Part shown: positions 19,223 to 30,032 of the stretch, one piece after another | Numbering within the stretch: the first letter of the stretch is position 1 | How the letters are laid out: every line of letters begins with the position of its first letter | IMG/VR virus record: IMGVR_UViG_3300044627_003899 | Location: 1-52,566 of that record | Strand: one strand, 5' to 3' | Length of the DNA stretch: 52,566 nucleotides | DNA from: a virus | Lineage: Duplodnaviria > Caudoviricetes | Position numbers and translations under genes: made by a program | Notes under the pieces: generated by a model | The model's input: the letters and a program-made list of their open reading frames with translations, nothing else | Told to the model about the DNA's origin: nothing | Databases searched by the model: none

Positions 19223-20278
19223 ATGAAAACTGTTCTTAACACCGTTAATCTAGATTCGCTCAAGCAGCCGCTTTTCCTCGGAGAAGACTTGGCTATCCAG
19301 CGATATGATCGCCTCAAGTATCCTAAGTTTTACGAACTGTACGACCAGCAGATTAATTTTTTCTGGCGTCCACAAGAGGTGAATCTTACAAAGGATGCCG
19401 CCGATTACAAAACCCTTTCTCCAGAAGAGAAGTTCGTGTTTGATAGTAACTTGCGATTCCAAACAATGACAGACTCAATGCTGTCTCGCAGCATTAATTC
19501 GCTCTCGGATTACGTAAGTAACCCAGAGCTTGAGATCTGCATGAATGTTTGGTCTTTCTTTGAAACTATCCATAGCAACAGCTACACATACATTCTACAG
19601 AACATTCATCCAGACGCTACCAAATTTTTTGATTCGATTTTGGAAGATAAGGAAATTGTAAAGAGGGCTCAAGCTATCTCTAGCCGTTATGACGCCCTAC
19701 TTAACACAAAGAGTGATGATCCAAAGCAGCAGATATTTGAGGCTCTTCTTGCAACCCAGATCACTGAGGGTGTAACCTTTTACGTTTCCTTTGCCTGCTC
19801 TTTCTATTTTGGCTACCGTGGAAAGATGGAGGGCAACGCCAAGATCATTAATCTTATTTCCCGTGACGAAAATCTTCACGTTGCTATCACTCAAAATATC
19901 CTAAAAGCTCTTCGTGACCAACCAAAGGAAGGCTTCCAAGACATTATCAAAAAGAACGAAGATAAGATCTATGAAGCTTATAGAATGGCTGTTGAGTCCG
20001 AAAAGGAATGGGCTGATTATCTTTTCTCAAAGGGTAGTCTAATTGGTCTCACTGCTGATTCTTTAAAGCGTTACGTTGAATGGCTTGCTGATAATAGACT
20101 TACTTCAATGGGTTATAAAAAGATTTATAATGTCAAGGGTAACCCCCTTGCTGGCTGGCTAGACAGCTTCTACGACAGCAAAAAGATCCAAGTAGCACCT
20201 CAAGAGACAGAAATCTCTTCTTATGTCAAAGGTGTTGACAATAAGATTGACGAATCTGTCTTTGATATGAAGTTCTAA
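19223..20278 (+). CDS. nrdB: Ribonucleotide reductase class Ia beta subunit
   Basis: FFWRPQE, ETIHSNSY (radical Tyr), EGVTFYVSF, RDENLH, VAPQETEISSY. Confidence 0.96.
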   Translation: MKTVLNTVNLDSLKQPLFLGEDLAIQRYDRLKYPKFYELYDQQINFFWRPQEVNLTKDAADYKTLSPEEKFVFDSNLRFQTMTDSMLSRSINSLSDYVSNPELEICMNVWSFFETIHSNSYTYILQNIHPDATKFFDSILEDKEIVKRAQAISSRYDALLNTKSDDPKQQIFEALLATQITEGVTFYVSFACSFYFGYRGKMEGNAKIINLISRDENLHVAITQNILKALRDQPKEGFQDIIKKNEDKIYEAYRMAVESEKEWADYLFSKGSLIGLTADSLKRYVEWLADNRLTSMGYKKIYNVKGNPLAGWLDSFYDSKKIQVAPQETEISSYVKGVDNKIDESVFDMKF

Positions 20279-23200
20279 TTAGAGGCTAAGTAAATTACCT
20301 CTAGGGTCGAGCCATTCAGATTCATCTCTGACTAGCTCGGCCCTTTCGTTTGCCCTAATAATAGAGACGAGTCTTCCATTGGCTTCTTCAACATAAAGAG
20401 TGCTTTCGTTGCGTCTGCTTAAAATAGTAACTTTTGACCCTTCTGGAACATCAGAAGGCAATATTAATGTTGAGTCACTTGTTAAGGATACTAAAACAAG
20501 CGAATTTAAATAAGAAACTGGTAATTGAGTTTTTACTTCAACTCTTTTAACCTTGCCATTTAACCCACTCACAGTTCTGCCATTATAAATAAATTCAACT
20601 CCAAGAATTGCAGATTCTGAACCTATGGTAGTCCAATTTACATTTGATCCTGGATCACGAATTTGATATTTTCTACCTCTGATTAAGGAGGCTTGAGCAT
20701 GAATATTTATTAAATTATTTTCGCCTCTGCCTCCATCCATAGAAAGCCTGTTAGATACTGAAGGGGCTACGAAGTTTGGTTCCGCCTCCAAATACCCACT
20801 GACTACATTTGACATTTCTCCTTCTCCAAAGTCATCCCAAGGTCTAAATCTAAAGTAATACCATACTCCAGTTTGCAATCCTGCTCCTAATGTAATTGTA
20901 TTAGAATAGCCTCTTGTTTTATCAAGAGGCATATACATAAACATATTAGATAAAGTTGGAGAAACATCAGGAGTGAAACCAACAGAATCTCCTGTAAATA
21001 TATCAACCCCATACACATCTTTATTTGATGTCGCCGCATAGCAATTGAATATTATTTCGCCTTTGGATATATTTTCAGTTAGCGTTGTCAAAGCTATTCC
21101 AGAAAATCCTGTAGTATTTGGGGTAGTTATTTGGCTTAAATTAGCAATTCCAAGTGGATTATTTTTTGTTCTTGGTACGGTTCTGGGCTCGTTATTTCCT
21201 CCAATAACATTATTTATATAGTGCTGTTCTGCCCAAACTGCAAGCGGGATAGAAGGATTGATTACCTCCCTATAGTGTTTGATTAAATCATCGTAAGCAT
21301 AAGCGTAGGCTTCGTAATCAGGCTCACCTGTACCTCTAAAATTTATTCCAATTCCTCGTCTTGTTGCTGACGCCGTTGTGCCAGTTCCATTATATCCTGT
21401 TGCGCTTAAGAAAGCTCCAGAAATATCTTGGAAATATATTTCTCTTGATTCATCTTCGCTTCTTAACAAATAAGTTGCCCCACCAGTCCAATTTCTTAAA
21501 CCAGATCCAGATATTATACCAGTAGTACTCGCATTCTGAGGATTCCAAAGAGCAATTCCAGTAAATGTACTATTACCGTAATATCCAGAAAGTATATAAT
21601 AAGGAGAATTTTGATAAGAATCTATAACCTCAATATTTGTATATTGTGGGAGAATGTTGTATGCAAAAAATGTTCCAGTTTTTGTAAGATTAGTGTTATC
21701 CGTGACTGTTACTCTAAGACCAACGTATCTTTTAGCTTCTACGTCTCTTGGATTATCTTTTTCTCTGCTAAAAAGCTGCGCGTTTCTTCTCTTTGTCAAA
21801 GTATAAGAGAATCCTTGATATTCTTTGATTTCGTCAACAATGTTACCAGCTTCATCTAAAACGTGAAGAGTTACCTTTGGAGGTAAATCCATAAATGGAT
21901 TTTCAAGCATTTGCTCGACGCTGCCTATAACACCTCCAGTTGGATCAATATATTTCCAAAGAAATGTCACATCTGATGATGTAAAATTACCTGCGCCTCT
22001 GCCAGAATGAGTATTCTGATAAGTTAAAAGATAATATAAACTGTTTACATCTGCCGTATCAATGGTTAATCCGCTTGGTATTGTTGAAGTTAAATTAGCG
22101 CCTCCAATAGATAAAGTTGGCGATGGTAAAACCATTACCCCTGTTTGTACAGGATCTGTAGAAAGAAGTTTGTATTGAACCCCTTGAGAGTAAACATTTA
22201 TATCGTAAAGACCATAAATTCCACTTATTGGAACTGTTAATGCAGTAGTTCCAGATGGAACTGAATAAGCTTGGGTGATTGAATCAGATTCATTCGCCGT
22301 CGAATAGTCTGGTTTGCTGATATATACTTTATATCCTGTTATTGGGCTTGTGCTAGCATTCCAAGTAAAATATAAACCTGTTTCACCATAAATTCCGGTA
22401 GAGGTTATCGCGCTTGGCCGCTCAGGCTTAATAACTACATCATACGGACCCCTGACATAATAACTTGGAGAGGTATCAACAATATCTTTTTCTATAAAAT
22501 CTTCTTTGTTGGGTATATATTCAATGCCGACTACGCCATACTGATTAGACTCTTCCTCTTTTGTCGAAATTGTTTTGTACAATTTTGGTTCGACGCCAGA
22601 ACCGCTTAATACATAAAGAGAACCTTCTTGAATTAAATTAAGATTTCTAGGATCAGTGTCTACAGATAAATTATAAAATCCTCTTGGATAGCCTGTTCCA
22701 TAAATAAGTCCACTATAACCAATGCCATTAGCTTCTGCTAATGTTCTTAAGTCAGTTTGGCCCAGCGTACCACCTCCTACATAAACCTCTAGCCCTAAAG
22801 ATCTAAATGCATTTGATACATGTGTTGAGGTTAATGGAGTATCTAGATAAATTTTCTCTGAGCCATAAAAATTTTTAGGCAATCCTACTGTATAAAAACC
22901 AAGGTTATTGCCTAAACTCCATTTTGATTTTGCCGCACTATTTCCATCATAATCGTTGGCAAAATCACTGACTGAAGATGTATGAGCTTTTGTGCAAATA
23001 TACGGAACTGATTCTACTTTTACAATATCACCCACTGAATAGGCTCTTCCCTTTGCCCATTCAAGATGGCTTGATTCATTTCTGTTTCCAAAGTCTGCTT
23101 GAACAAAAGTATAGTATGGCCTTAGTCTGCTAAATGCCAAAAGATCTCTGTATGTAAATAAAATATTTCCATATTCACCTATAGTTTTTGACGCCCTTTC

Positions 23201-25909
23201 TAAAACTCTATATCCTCCTTTAATTAATGCACAGGCATAGCCATAATTATTTACATCAGAGCTAGTATCATCTTTACCTATTTTAAATATTTCTGTAGCT
23301 GCAAAAGATGCCCAAGTTGAATTTGGCACGAATTGATTGTTTACCGGCGTTCCTCTTGTGAACGCGATAACCACATCTCCATTACTTGCGCTATCATATA
23401 TAGGATTAGAAAATATTGCATTTAAATTAGCTATAGATCCAGAAGCTGTCACTGTGCCAGCCGGATTTATTCTTGCTGCATAAATTTGACTTGTGCTTAT
23501 CGATAAAGCTGTTGAGCTATTGATGTTAAATACCGAATTTGAAGAAATTGAATAAGCTATATTGCCTGTCCAATTTCCTTCGTTTCCGATTACCTGTCCA
23601 GTTCCATCAGCACCAAGAAAGTCAATGTCAATTTCAAAATCAGAAAGAACACCAGATACATCAGAAAATGTTAAAGAATCCCATCTTGGATTTCCGCCTG
23701 CGACAACGTGATCTGGAAAAACATAAGGGGCGCCAGTTAAAACTGTTTGTCCAGTATAGTTTGCTCCAGAAATTCTTCCCTCGACAGAATATACATCTGT
23801 TACGACACTTTGAAGACAAAAATCTCCAGTCAATGTAAGTGTAGCGCCGTAAGCATCGTCAGTTACCGTATGTATATTAAATTTTCTTGTTTGCTTTTGT
23901 CTTCTTGCTCTAATTTGTGCTAAAGTGCCAGTAAAATCACCATCGCTTCCCGTAAGCAAATTTAAATCAGAAACAGCAAAGTTACCAGATGGGATGTGAA
24001 TATATATACCAGAATCTAATCCATAAGGATCTTGCGCGGTTGGAGCTTTAAATTCTCCGTCTATTTTTATATTGTTAGATATTGAGTCAACAGATAAAAT
24101 TCTACCAAAAGTTCTACCAACATTCCTGATTTCATCACTTACCCCGAAAATATCTCCTGGTTGTAGATATGCCCCTTCTATACCAGCTATAAAGCTAACA
24201 GTATCCGCCTCAAACATCGAGCTAAATAAAATATAACGTCCAATTCTCTTAGCTTCTGATCTTGATGTGCATCCTGCGGCATTTACTTTGAATGGGTTTA
24301 TTCCATATTTTCTTATGCCATCCACATCTTCAACAAACTCCATTTTTGTTTTATAGTCGTCAAATCTATCGTTGTATACGATTTCAACTGTTGTGTAGCG
24401 TTTATTTCTTGCTGTTTCAGTATACTGAAAAGATCCGTCTCTGACATTAACATTTGCAAAGTACATCAGAGGATCTTTTGGCCTATCCGCAAAAAAAGAA
24501 AATCCTTCCGTATTCCAATATACAATGCCTTTAAAAATCGCAGCTACATCTTTTAATATATTATAAGCTTCGTCTTTATTAAAAAATATAATATTGCACG
24601 TATATCTTGGTTCAAGCCCGCCTTTGCCATCTGGAACACCCTTAAACTTTCCATCATCATCTACAGCGTCGCAGTAACGACCAATATCATAAAGAGTCCA
24701 TTTGTCAATTGAACCCAAATCTATAAGATTGCCAAGACCGTAGTTAAAATCTGTAATAATGTCGTATAAAATCCAAGCTGGATTATCTGTCCAAGCTATC
24801 TTAAATGTTCCATCCCAGTCTCCATAGTAAATTCTATTGCTATCGTAAAAATTTGTATCACAAAATTGCTGTAGCTTAGAATCAGAATCGTGAACAAGGC
24901 TAAACTTGGCCCCTCCAGTATCAATCGCCAGTTCTCTTAAAGTTCTTGTTCCAGAAAAATCTGGATCAGTATTTAAATAATAAATCTGGATTCCATTTTC
25001 TCTTGCTTGGTTTAAAAGAAGATTATAAGTGGTTTCCGCCATTACTTCTGGAGTAGAACCAGAAAAATAAATTAATTTTCTTACTGTATTTTGCCAAATA
25101 GTTTTCAGTAATGAAGCTTCAGAGGCTTTACCGACTTCATCAGTAATGCTGAATTGACTTTTTCTAAGAAAAAAATTCGCAATCATTGTTTCGTCTGGAT
25201 CTGTAACTGGATTTAATTTAGTTTCTGATAAAGCGGAATCAAGCAGTTTTAAAAGATTTGTTTGGTTTGCTCCTGTAGAGTCTGGAGTCTCTACCTCAAA
25301 AAATAAATAAGAATTATAATATGTAAAGCCATTAATCGTATCGCCTGTCGCTTCGTTTATTACTGTATCAATAGCGTCAGCCGCTGTTTGCCAAATAGAA
25401 AATCTAATATTAGTATATCCCGCGATTAGTTTTGTTACAAATGATTGTAAGTTTCTTTTTAGCAATAAACGTGTAGCAGAATTCATGTTCTGATCTACTA
25501 CAAAAATAACATCCAAAGTCGATGGATTTGCTGGGTAGTCTGGATTTGAGAATACGTACCGCCTATCCAATCCATCTCCTCCAATTGGGAAATAATTAGA
25601 AGGAACCTTAATCTTCTTCATTTTCACATCAAACTCTTTTGAAGGAATTTGAGGAAAGCTTCTTGAATCAAATTTCAATCCAACGTGAGCTGTAAGAGGA
25701 TAAGAAAAATTTCTATCCACTACTTCATAAACTGTATCAACCGTGACATCTCTTTTTATTAAAGGCGATATTGTTTCGGCTGTAATTTTTTCAATAGTAA
25801 TATATCTATCTTTACCGTTAATAGCCTCTGGCAAAACTATTTCATTAGAAGAAATTTGCAGAAATTGATCTACTACATTGCCGTCTTCTCCACCATTTGT
25901 ATTGCTCAT
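20279..25909 (-). CDS. Tail tip/host specificity protein (lambda J-like), C-terminal part with vWA, ILEI-like, CBM-like and FN3 additions
   Basis: YPLTAHVGLKFD, KVPSNY, WDGTFKIAWTDNPAWILYD, DKWTLYDIGRYCD, EPRYTCN, GCTSRSEAKRIG, LQPGDI. Confidence 0.88.
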   Translation of the reverse strand: MSNTNGGEDGNVVDQFLQISSNEIVLPEAINGKDRYITIEKITAETISPLIKRDVTVDTVYEVVDRNFSYPLTAHVGLKFDSRSFPQIPSKEFDVKMKKIKVPSNYFPIGGDGLDRRYVFSNPDYPANPSTLDVIFVVDQNMNSATRLLLKRNLQSFVTKLIAGYTNIRFSIWQTAADAIDTVINEATGDTINGFTYYNSYLFFEVETPDSTGANQTNLLKLLDSALSETKLNPVTDPDETMIANFFLRKSQFSITDEVGKASEASLLKTIWQNTVRKLIYFSGSTPEVMAETTYNLLLNQARENGIQIYYLNTDPDFSGTRTLRELAIDTGGAKFSLVHDSDSKLQQFCDTNFYDSNRIYYGDWDGTFKIAWTDNPAWILYDIITDFNYGLGNLIDLGSIDKWTLYDIGRYCDAVDDDGKFKGVPDGKGGLEPRYTCNIIFFNKDEAYNILKDVAAIFKGIVYWNTEGFSFFADRPKDPLMYFANVNVRDGSFQYTETARNKRYTTVEIVYNDRFDDYKTKMEFVEDVDGIRKYGINPFKVNAAGCTSRSEAKRIGRYILFSSMFEADTVSFIAGIEGAYLQPGDIFGVSDEIRNVGRTFGRILSVDSISNNIKIDGEFKAPTAQDPYGLDSGIYIHIPSGNFAVSDLNLLTGSDGDFTGTLAQIRARRQKQTRKFNIHTVTDDAYGATLTLTGDFCLQSVVTDVYSVEGRISGANYTGQTVLTGAPYVFPDHVVAGGNPRWDSLTFSDVSGVLSDFEIDIDFLGADGTGQVIGNEGNWTGNIAYSISSNSVFNINSSTALSISTSQIYAARINPAGTVTASGSIANLNAIFSNPIYDSASNGDVVIAFTRGTPVNNQFVPNSTWASFAATEIFKIGKDDTSSDVNNYGYACALIKGGYRVLERASKTIGEYGNILFTYRDLLAFSRLRPYYTFVQADFGNRNESSHLEWAKGRAYSVGDIVKVESVPYICTKAHTSSVSDFANDYDGNSAAKSKWSLGNNLGFYTVGLPKNFYGSEKIYLDTPLTSTHVSNAFRSLGLEVYVGGGTLGQTDLRTLAEANGIGYSGLIYGTGYPRGFYNLSVDTDPRNLNLIQEGSLYVLSGSGVEPKLYKTISTKEEESNQYGVVGIEYIPNKEDFIEKDIVDTSPSYYVRGPYDVVIKPERPSAITSTGIYGETGLYFTWNASTSPITGYKVYISKPDYSTANESDSITQAYSVPSGTTALTVPISGIYGLYDINVYSQGVQYKLLSTDPVQTGVMVLPSPTLSIGGANLTSTIPSGLTIDTADVNSLYYLLTYQNTHSGRGAGNFTSSDVTFLWKYIDPTGGVIGSVEQMLENPFMDLPPKVTLHVLDEAGNIVDEIKEYQGFSYTLTKRRNAQLFSREKDNPRDVEAKRYVGLRVTVTDNTNLTKTGTFFAYNILPQYTNIEVIDSYQNSPYYILSGYYGNSTFTGIALWNPQNASTTGIISGSGLRNWTGGATYLLRSEDESREIYFQDISGAFLSATGYNGTGTTASATRRGIGINFRGTGEPDYEAYAYAYDDLIKHYREVINPSIPLAVWAEQHYINNVIGGNNEPRTVPRTKNNPLGIANLSQITTPNTTGFSGIALTTLTENISKGEIIFNCYAATSNKDVYGVDIFTGDSVGFTPDVSPTLSNMFMYMPLDKTRGYSNTITLGAGLQTGVWYYFRFRPWDDFGEGEMSNVVSGYLEAEPNFVAPSVSNRLSMDGGRGENNLINIHAQASLIRGRKYQIRDPGSNVNWTTIGSESAILGVEFIYNGRTVSGLNGKVKRVEVKTQLPVSYLNSLVLVSLTSDSTLILPSDVPEGSKVTILSRRNESTLYVEEANGRLVSIIRANERAELVRDESEWLDPRGNLLSL

Positions 25910-25925
25910 TTATATATTATAAATT

Positions 25926-26498
25926 TTAAGCTGTTATCGTAAAGCTTCTAACGTTGTATGTGTATAAGTTTGTTGGATCTGTACCTGTTCCAGAAGCAGT
26001 TAATCTTACTGCTGGATTGTCTGGAGAAGTAGCATCAATATATATATAATGCGTTCCCAAGCTCAAAGTTCCTGTAACTGACGTTGGAATAGAAAAAGAA
26101 AAAGTTCCATCAACTCCAATCGACGCACCAGGGCATTGAACTAATTTTACTTCTGGTAAGAAAAATGGAGCCCCAACTCTGCCAACATCAATCCAAGCCG
26201 TAACGCTTAATGCGCTTTTTTCTTTTGTGGTTGCGCCATTAGTTTCTACATAGCTTGCTCTACCAGATAAAGCTATTGCAGAACCTCTTGAATACGAAGC
26301 ATTTATTGTATCAAAAACGCTATATCCACCCCCAAACCCAATTGGAGTTGAACTAACGATATTTTTTTCAAAAGCTACCGGAAAGTAATCTTTTTTCTCT
26401 CTTTTTCTTAAATTATAAATAATAGCTAAGACATCAGAATAATTTCTTGGTCTAATTTTCGATGCGAGAATTTCTTCTATTGTCTTTTGGTTTTGCAT
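25926..26498 (-). CDS. Hypothetical virion protein with Ig-like C-terminal region, lying between the two J parts
   Basis: DGTFSFSIP..LGTHYIYIDA beta-sandwich pattern. Confidence 0.65.
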   Translation of the reverse strand: MQNQKTIEEILASKIRPRNYSDVLAIIYNLRKREKKDYFPVAFEKNIVSSTPIGFGGGYSVFDTINASYSRGSAIALSGRASYVETNGATTKEKSALSVTAWIDVGRVGAPFFLPEVKLVQCPGASIGVDGTFSFSIPTSVTGTLSLGTHYIYIDATSPDNPAVRLTASGTGTDPTNLYTYNVRSFTITA

Positions 26499-26500
26499 TT

Positions 26501-27406
26501 TTATGAAGAAACTTGATTGGTAGTCGTTAATCTATCATCAAACATTATTGAGCTAAAGTAATCTCTAAAGCTGGTAAAAGATCCTCCAGTTGGACTGCGC
26601 GTTATTAATCCACCAGCGCCTCCTCCTCCAAGCGATCTGTAATTGTATGGTCCTCCAAATGTTGGAGCGAAAGGCTCTCCAAGAGTTAAGGCGAATGGAG
26701 CTTGCGCTGTTCCAGTTATTGGATATTCCTTAATAGAAAATGGAGCCGCTCCATCTATTCCAGTTTTGACCAATAGTCTTACAGTCGTTGATTTGCTCAA
26801 ACCGATATCTTCACCTTTGCCGCCGCGCCCAATATCTACCGTATCAAATAAAGCTTCAATCAACATACTTACTCTTACTTTTTTTACATCTTTGTTTCTT
26901 ATTTGATGAACAAACACAAACGGATCTTGTGATTGAGTAGGCCAACCGACAGCCCATTGAGAGAAATTTCTTCTGTCTTCAACTCCTTTTTCTCCGTTGC
27001 TATATCTTACGTCAATTGAACCGTCTGGAGTAAGTTGATTATTTATTGGCCCCAATAGCTTAAATCCAGCGGGTTTCATTATGTAAACATTCTTAAAGTT
27101 CGCTAAAGGTTTTTGATTTTCCGTTCCAAGGTTAATTTCCATCATGACGTTTCTGAAATTATATTCTCCATAGGCGTTCATCACTGGAGTTTTATTCAGA
27201 TAAATGCCCTTTAACATATCCAGTCCATAAATTTTTTTGCCAAATTTATCAACAAGACCATAGATTGGACCCTCGCAAAGAACATCAACGCTTTCAGAAA
27301 TTGAAATAGACCTTCTTAAATCTTGTCTTCTTGGCGGCATTAGCGCAGGAGTATCTGCCTCTCCTTTCCCTCCTCTATAAAATCTATATGGATTTAAAAT
27401 TTTCAT
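26501..27406 (-). CDS. Tail tip protein J, N-terminal part
   Basis: GGKG, DVLCEGPIYGLVD, IYLNKTPV, NF..V..GTENQ, VRVSMLIEAL. Confidence 0.8.
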   Translation of the reverse strand: MKILNPYRFYRGGKGEADTPALMPPRRQDLRRSISISESVDVLCEGPIYGLVDKFGKKIYGLDMLKGIYLNKTPVMNAYGEYNFRNVMMEINLGTENQKPLANFKNVYIMKPAGFKLLGPINNQLTPDGSIDVRYSNGEKGVEDRRNFSQWAVGWPTQSQDPFVFVHQIRNKDVKKVRVSMLIEALFDTVDIGRGGKGEDIGLSKSTTVRLLVKTGIDGAAPFSIKEYPITGTAQAPFALTLGEPFAPTFGGPYNYRSLGGGGAGGLITRSPTGGSFTSFRDYFSSIMFDDRLTTTNQVSS

Positions 27407-27407
27407 A

Positions 27408-30032
27408 TTAAACCAGATATTGAATTGGTGTAGTTCCTAAAGTAGTTCCTCTAGAAATTGATTGTACAGGAAGAAATCTTACGTTCATTCTAACAGGAGA
27501 AGAAACAAGGGTTGCTCTGTTCTTTACATTTGCTTTGCAAATATATCTTGATTTATATGTCGCGTAACCGTTGTCTCTTGATCCATTTACGACTCTTCTG
27601 TTAGCTACAAATCTTACAATTCTATTTGATTCTGCTGAAGTTTGCTGGGCATAATTTACAAAATCTTTTGTCACTATCGCATTAGCGTCGGAGGTGCCAA
27701 CGTTTGCACCGTTGTAATAAAAGACTGTCCCCGCTGCATTTGAAGCTGCCCCTAATTGGGTCCAAGAAGTAGCGCTTGGGACTATAATTTTATAACTTTG
27801 TCCACTCACCATCGTTTCTCCCGCACCATCTGCTGGAGTGATATATCCAGAAATGCCTTGGCTTAAAAATTTATTTTCTTTTGGAAACTGCAAGTCATCA
27901 AGAGAATAAAAAATCTTTTCTTTTGGAAGCGCAGTCCAAGGTGAATACGATCCATTTCTATCTGTATCGTATCTATAATATATGGTTATTCCTTCTGCTC
28001 CTCTAGAATCTTGAACTCTAGCATACAAACGATGATAACCAGCGGTTAAGTAAATTGGATTAACCGTTGAATGAAGAGCGTGTATTTCTCCTGTTGTTGG
28101 GGCTAGTGGATTTGCAAATCCAGAATACATTCCATGCCCACCGTAATACGCAGAAACTCCACTTTGGTCTATGTATAAATCTGCGGCATCATCAGAATCT
28201 AGCTTGAATTGAAACTCGGCTACTTGTGCTACTTTTCCATCACTATCGCCCTGTGCTGCGGTCTTATTAAATGTCATGCCTATCCTTGGGGTTAAGGGAG
28301 TTCCGCCTTGACCAGTTAGACCAACACTACTCCATTGACCAGTATTGCCAACTTTGATTACTTCATAAGTGCCCTGACTTGTTCCAAGTTCGTATACATT
28401 TTTTATTCTCCCTTCGATTGAAACATAGAAGTATCCAAGAAATTCCATTCCGTAATTATCTAAATTTGAATTTACGCCTTGAATGGCAGGCTCATTCAAT
28501 CCATCAAAATTTCCAATATGAAGAAATTGTTTATTGTCAGCATAAGCTGGATAATCTCTGAAAAGAGTATTCATTTGATCAGTATTGGAAGGAGATTCTA
28601 CTCTCGTCCAAATATTGCTTTCTGCGACTGGCGCTCCGTTTACATCTAACGCGCCAGTGGTTGGCAAATGACCAGAATTAGCCGCGACGCACTTATACAA
28701 ATACTCTAATGTTGGAGGCAAAACTTTTCGCCAATACAATGAATTAATAACGCCACCCTCTCCTGTTGGCAGAACCCCAGAAAATCCAGTTCGATTATCC
28801 TCTTTAGCCTGAAAATAAGTATTGGTCTCTGATCCAGTTGGGTAATCAACCATTTCTCCGCTAAAATATTGATATCCGTTATCCCAAGAATTAAATCTAA
28901 ATCTATAAAACTGCTGTGGCCCGAACTTTATTAGTTGCCCAACTTCATACGATGCGAAATATCCCGGATATGTATTTTTTATATTATCGTAGTAATTAGT
29001 TACTTTGAAGTCTGGAACATGATAAGACCTTAAAATTATTCCGCTTTTAAAAGAATATGGGTTTTCTATTCTAACTTGTCCTCTTGAAGCGTCAGTGCTC
29101 ACCTCTTCCCATTCGTATTTTATATCTGCATCGTAAGTAGGTAAATCAGGGTTTGATACTATTTCTGAATTTTTTCTCAAAACAACTTCAACTGGTCTGG
29201 ACGCTACTTTTTCAGCACTATTGGTTAATATATCTATATAAGAGTTTAATACATTGATATAATAAATATTCAAGGGCTCTTCAAATGTAGCGGCCTGATT
29301 TGTAGAAAATGAATCTTGCTGCGTCAGTTCTTGTTCGTTTGCGAACTCTAGTTGAATATAATCATTTATAGGCTTGTCAACAGGGGTCATTAGCTGTTTG
29401 ACATCAGCGTTGATAGCATAATGGTCAACGCTAGAACTTATTTGAGAGGAGCCTATTTTTAGTCTTCCATACCCAACTGGGATAGCTTGACCCTGCGAAG
29501 TATTGGACGGCTTATTTCCGAATAAATAAGATTTTCCTCCAGCTTGAATTTCCTGATTAAAGTCAGGTTTTGGAGGCGGAAAAAGCAGACTCATTACTCC
29601 TTGGAGAGCTATCGAAGCTCCAATCATACCTACAAATCCTGCTGCTCCAGCTAAAGAACCGCCAGCAGCAAAAGCTCCCATTGCCGCTGGTCCCCCAATT
29701 GCAGCAAGACCTCCCGTCATAACAACCAAGGCCAATCCAACTACAAGCATTCCTATAGCCGCTCCATTTTTACCCGCCCCCCAAACTACTGGGACAATAT
29801 GAACTTCTTTTGGAGCTTTTGCAACTAAAAGCTGCTTTTCCTTTTCGATCACTTCATCATCAACTATTATTCTGTAAAATATACCTTTTGCGGCCAATTT
29901 CTTAATTTCATCTAAAAATCCTTTTCTATTTGCATTTACAGCCAAAAAAACTTCTTTTGGAGAACTTATATTAAATTTAAATTCATCTCCAAATTTATTT
30001 CTTAATTCTCCATATAAAAATACATTAGTCAT
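27408..30032 (-). CDS. Tail assembly protein I-like fused to CBM-like and PA14 domains
   Basis: VFLYGELRNKFG, VHIVPVVWGAG, Gly/Ala hydrophobic stretch, SYLFG..QGQAIPVGYGRL; PA14 DSDDAADLYID..GYHRL. Confidence 0.82.
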   Translation of the reverse strand: MTNVFLYGELRNKFGDEFKFNISSPKEVFLAVNANRKGFLDEIKKLAAKGIFYRIIVDDEVIEKEKQLLVAKAPKEVHIVPVVWGAGKNGAAIGMLVVGLALVVMTGGLAAIGGPAAMGAFAAGGSLAGAAGFVGMIGASIALQGVMSLLFPPPKPDFNQEIQAGGKSYLFGNKPSNTSQGQAIPVGYGRLKIGSSQISSSVDHYAINADVKQLMTPVDKPINDYIQLEFANEQELTQQDSFSTNQAATFEEPLNIYYINVLNSYIDILTNSAEKVASRPVEVVLRKNSEIVSNPDLPTYDADIKYEWEEVSTDASRGQVRIENPYSFKSGIILRSYHVPDFKVTNYYDNIKNTYPGYFASYEVGQLIKFGPQQFYRFRFNSWDNGYQYFSGEMVDYPTGSETNTYFQAKEDNRTGFSGVLPTGEGGVINSLYWRKVLPPTLEYLYKCVAANSGHLPTTGALDVNGAPVAESNIWTRVESPSNTDQMNTLFRDYPAYADNKQFLHIGNFDGLNEPAIQGVNSNLDNYGMEFLGYFYVSIEGRIKNVYELGTSQGTYEVIKVGNTGQWSSVGLTGQGGTPLTPRIGMTFNKTAAQGDSDGKVAQVAEFQFKLDSDDAADLYIDQSGVSAYYGGHGMYSGFANPLAPTTGEIHALHSTVNPIYLTAGYHRLYARVQDSRGAEGITIYYRYDTDRNGSYSPWTALPKEKIFYSLDDLQFPKENKFLSQGISGYITPADGAGETMVSGQSYKIIVPSATSWTQLGAASNAAGTVFYYNGANVGTSDANAIVTKDFVNYAQQTSAESNRIVRFVANRRVVNGSRDNGYATYKSRYICKANVKNRATLVSSPVRMNVRFLPVQSISRGTTLGTTPIQYLV

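Noticed and set aside
25910-26650. Self-splicing intron explaining the split J gene
   Set aside because: No recognisable group I/II core, and the intervening ORF looks structural rather than endonuclease- or RT-like; not excluded without an Infernal search
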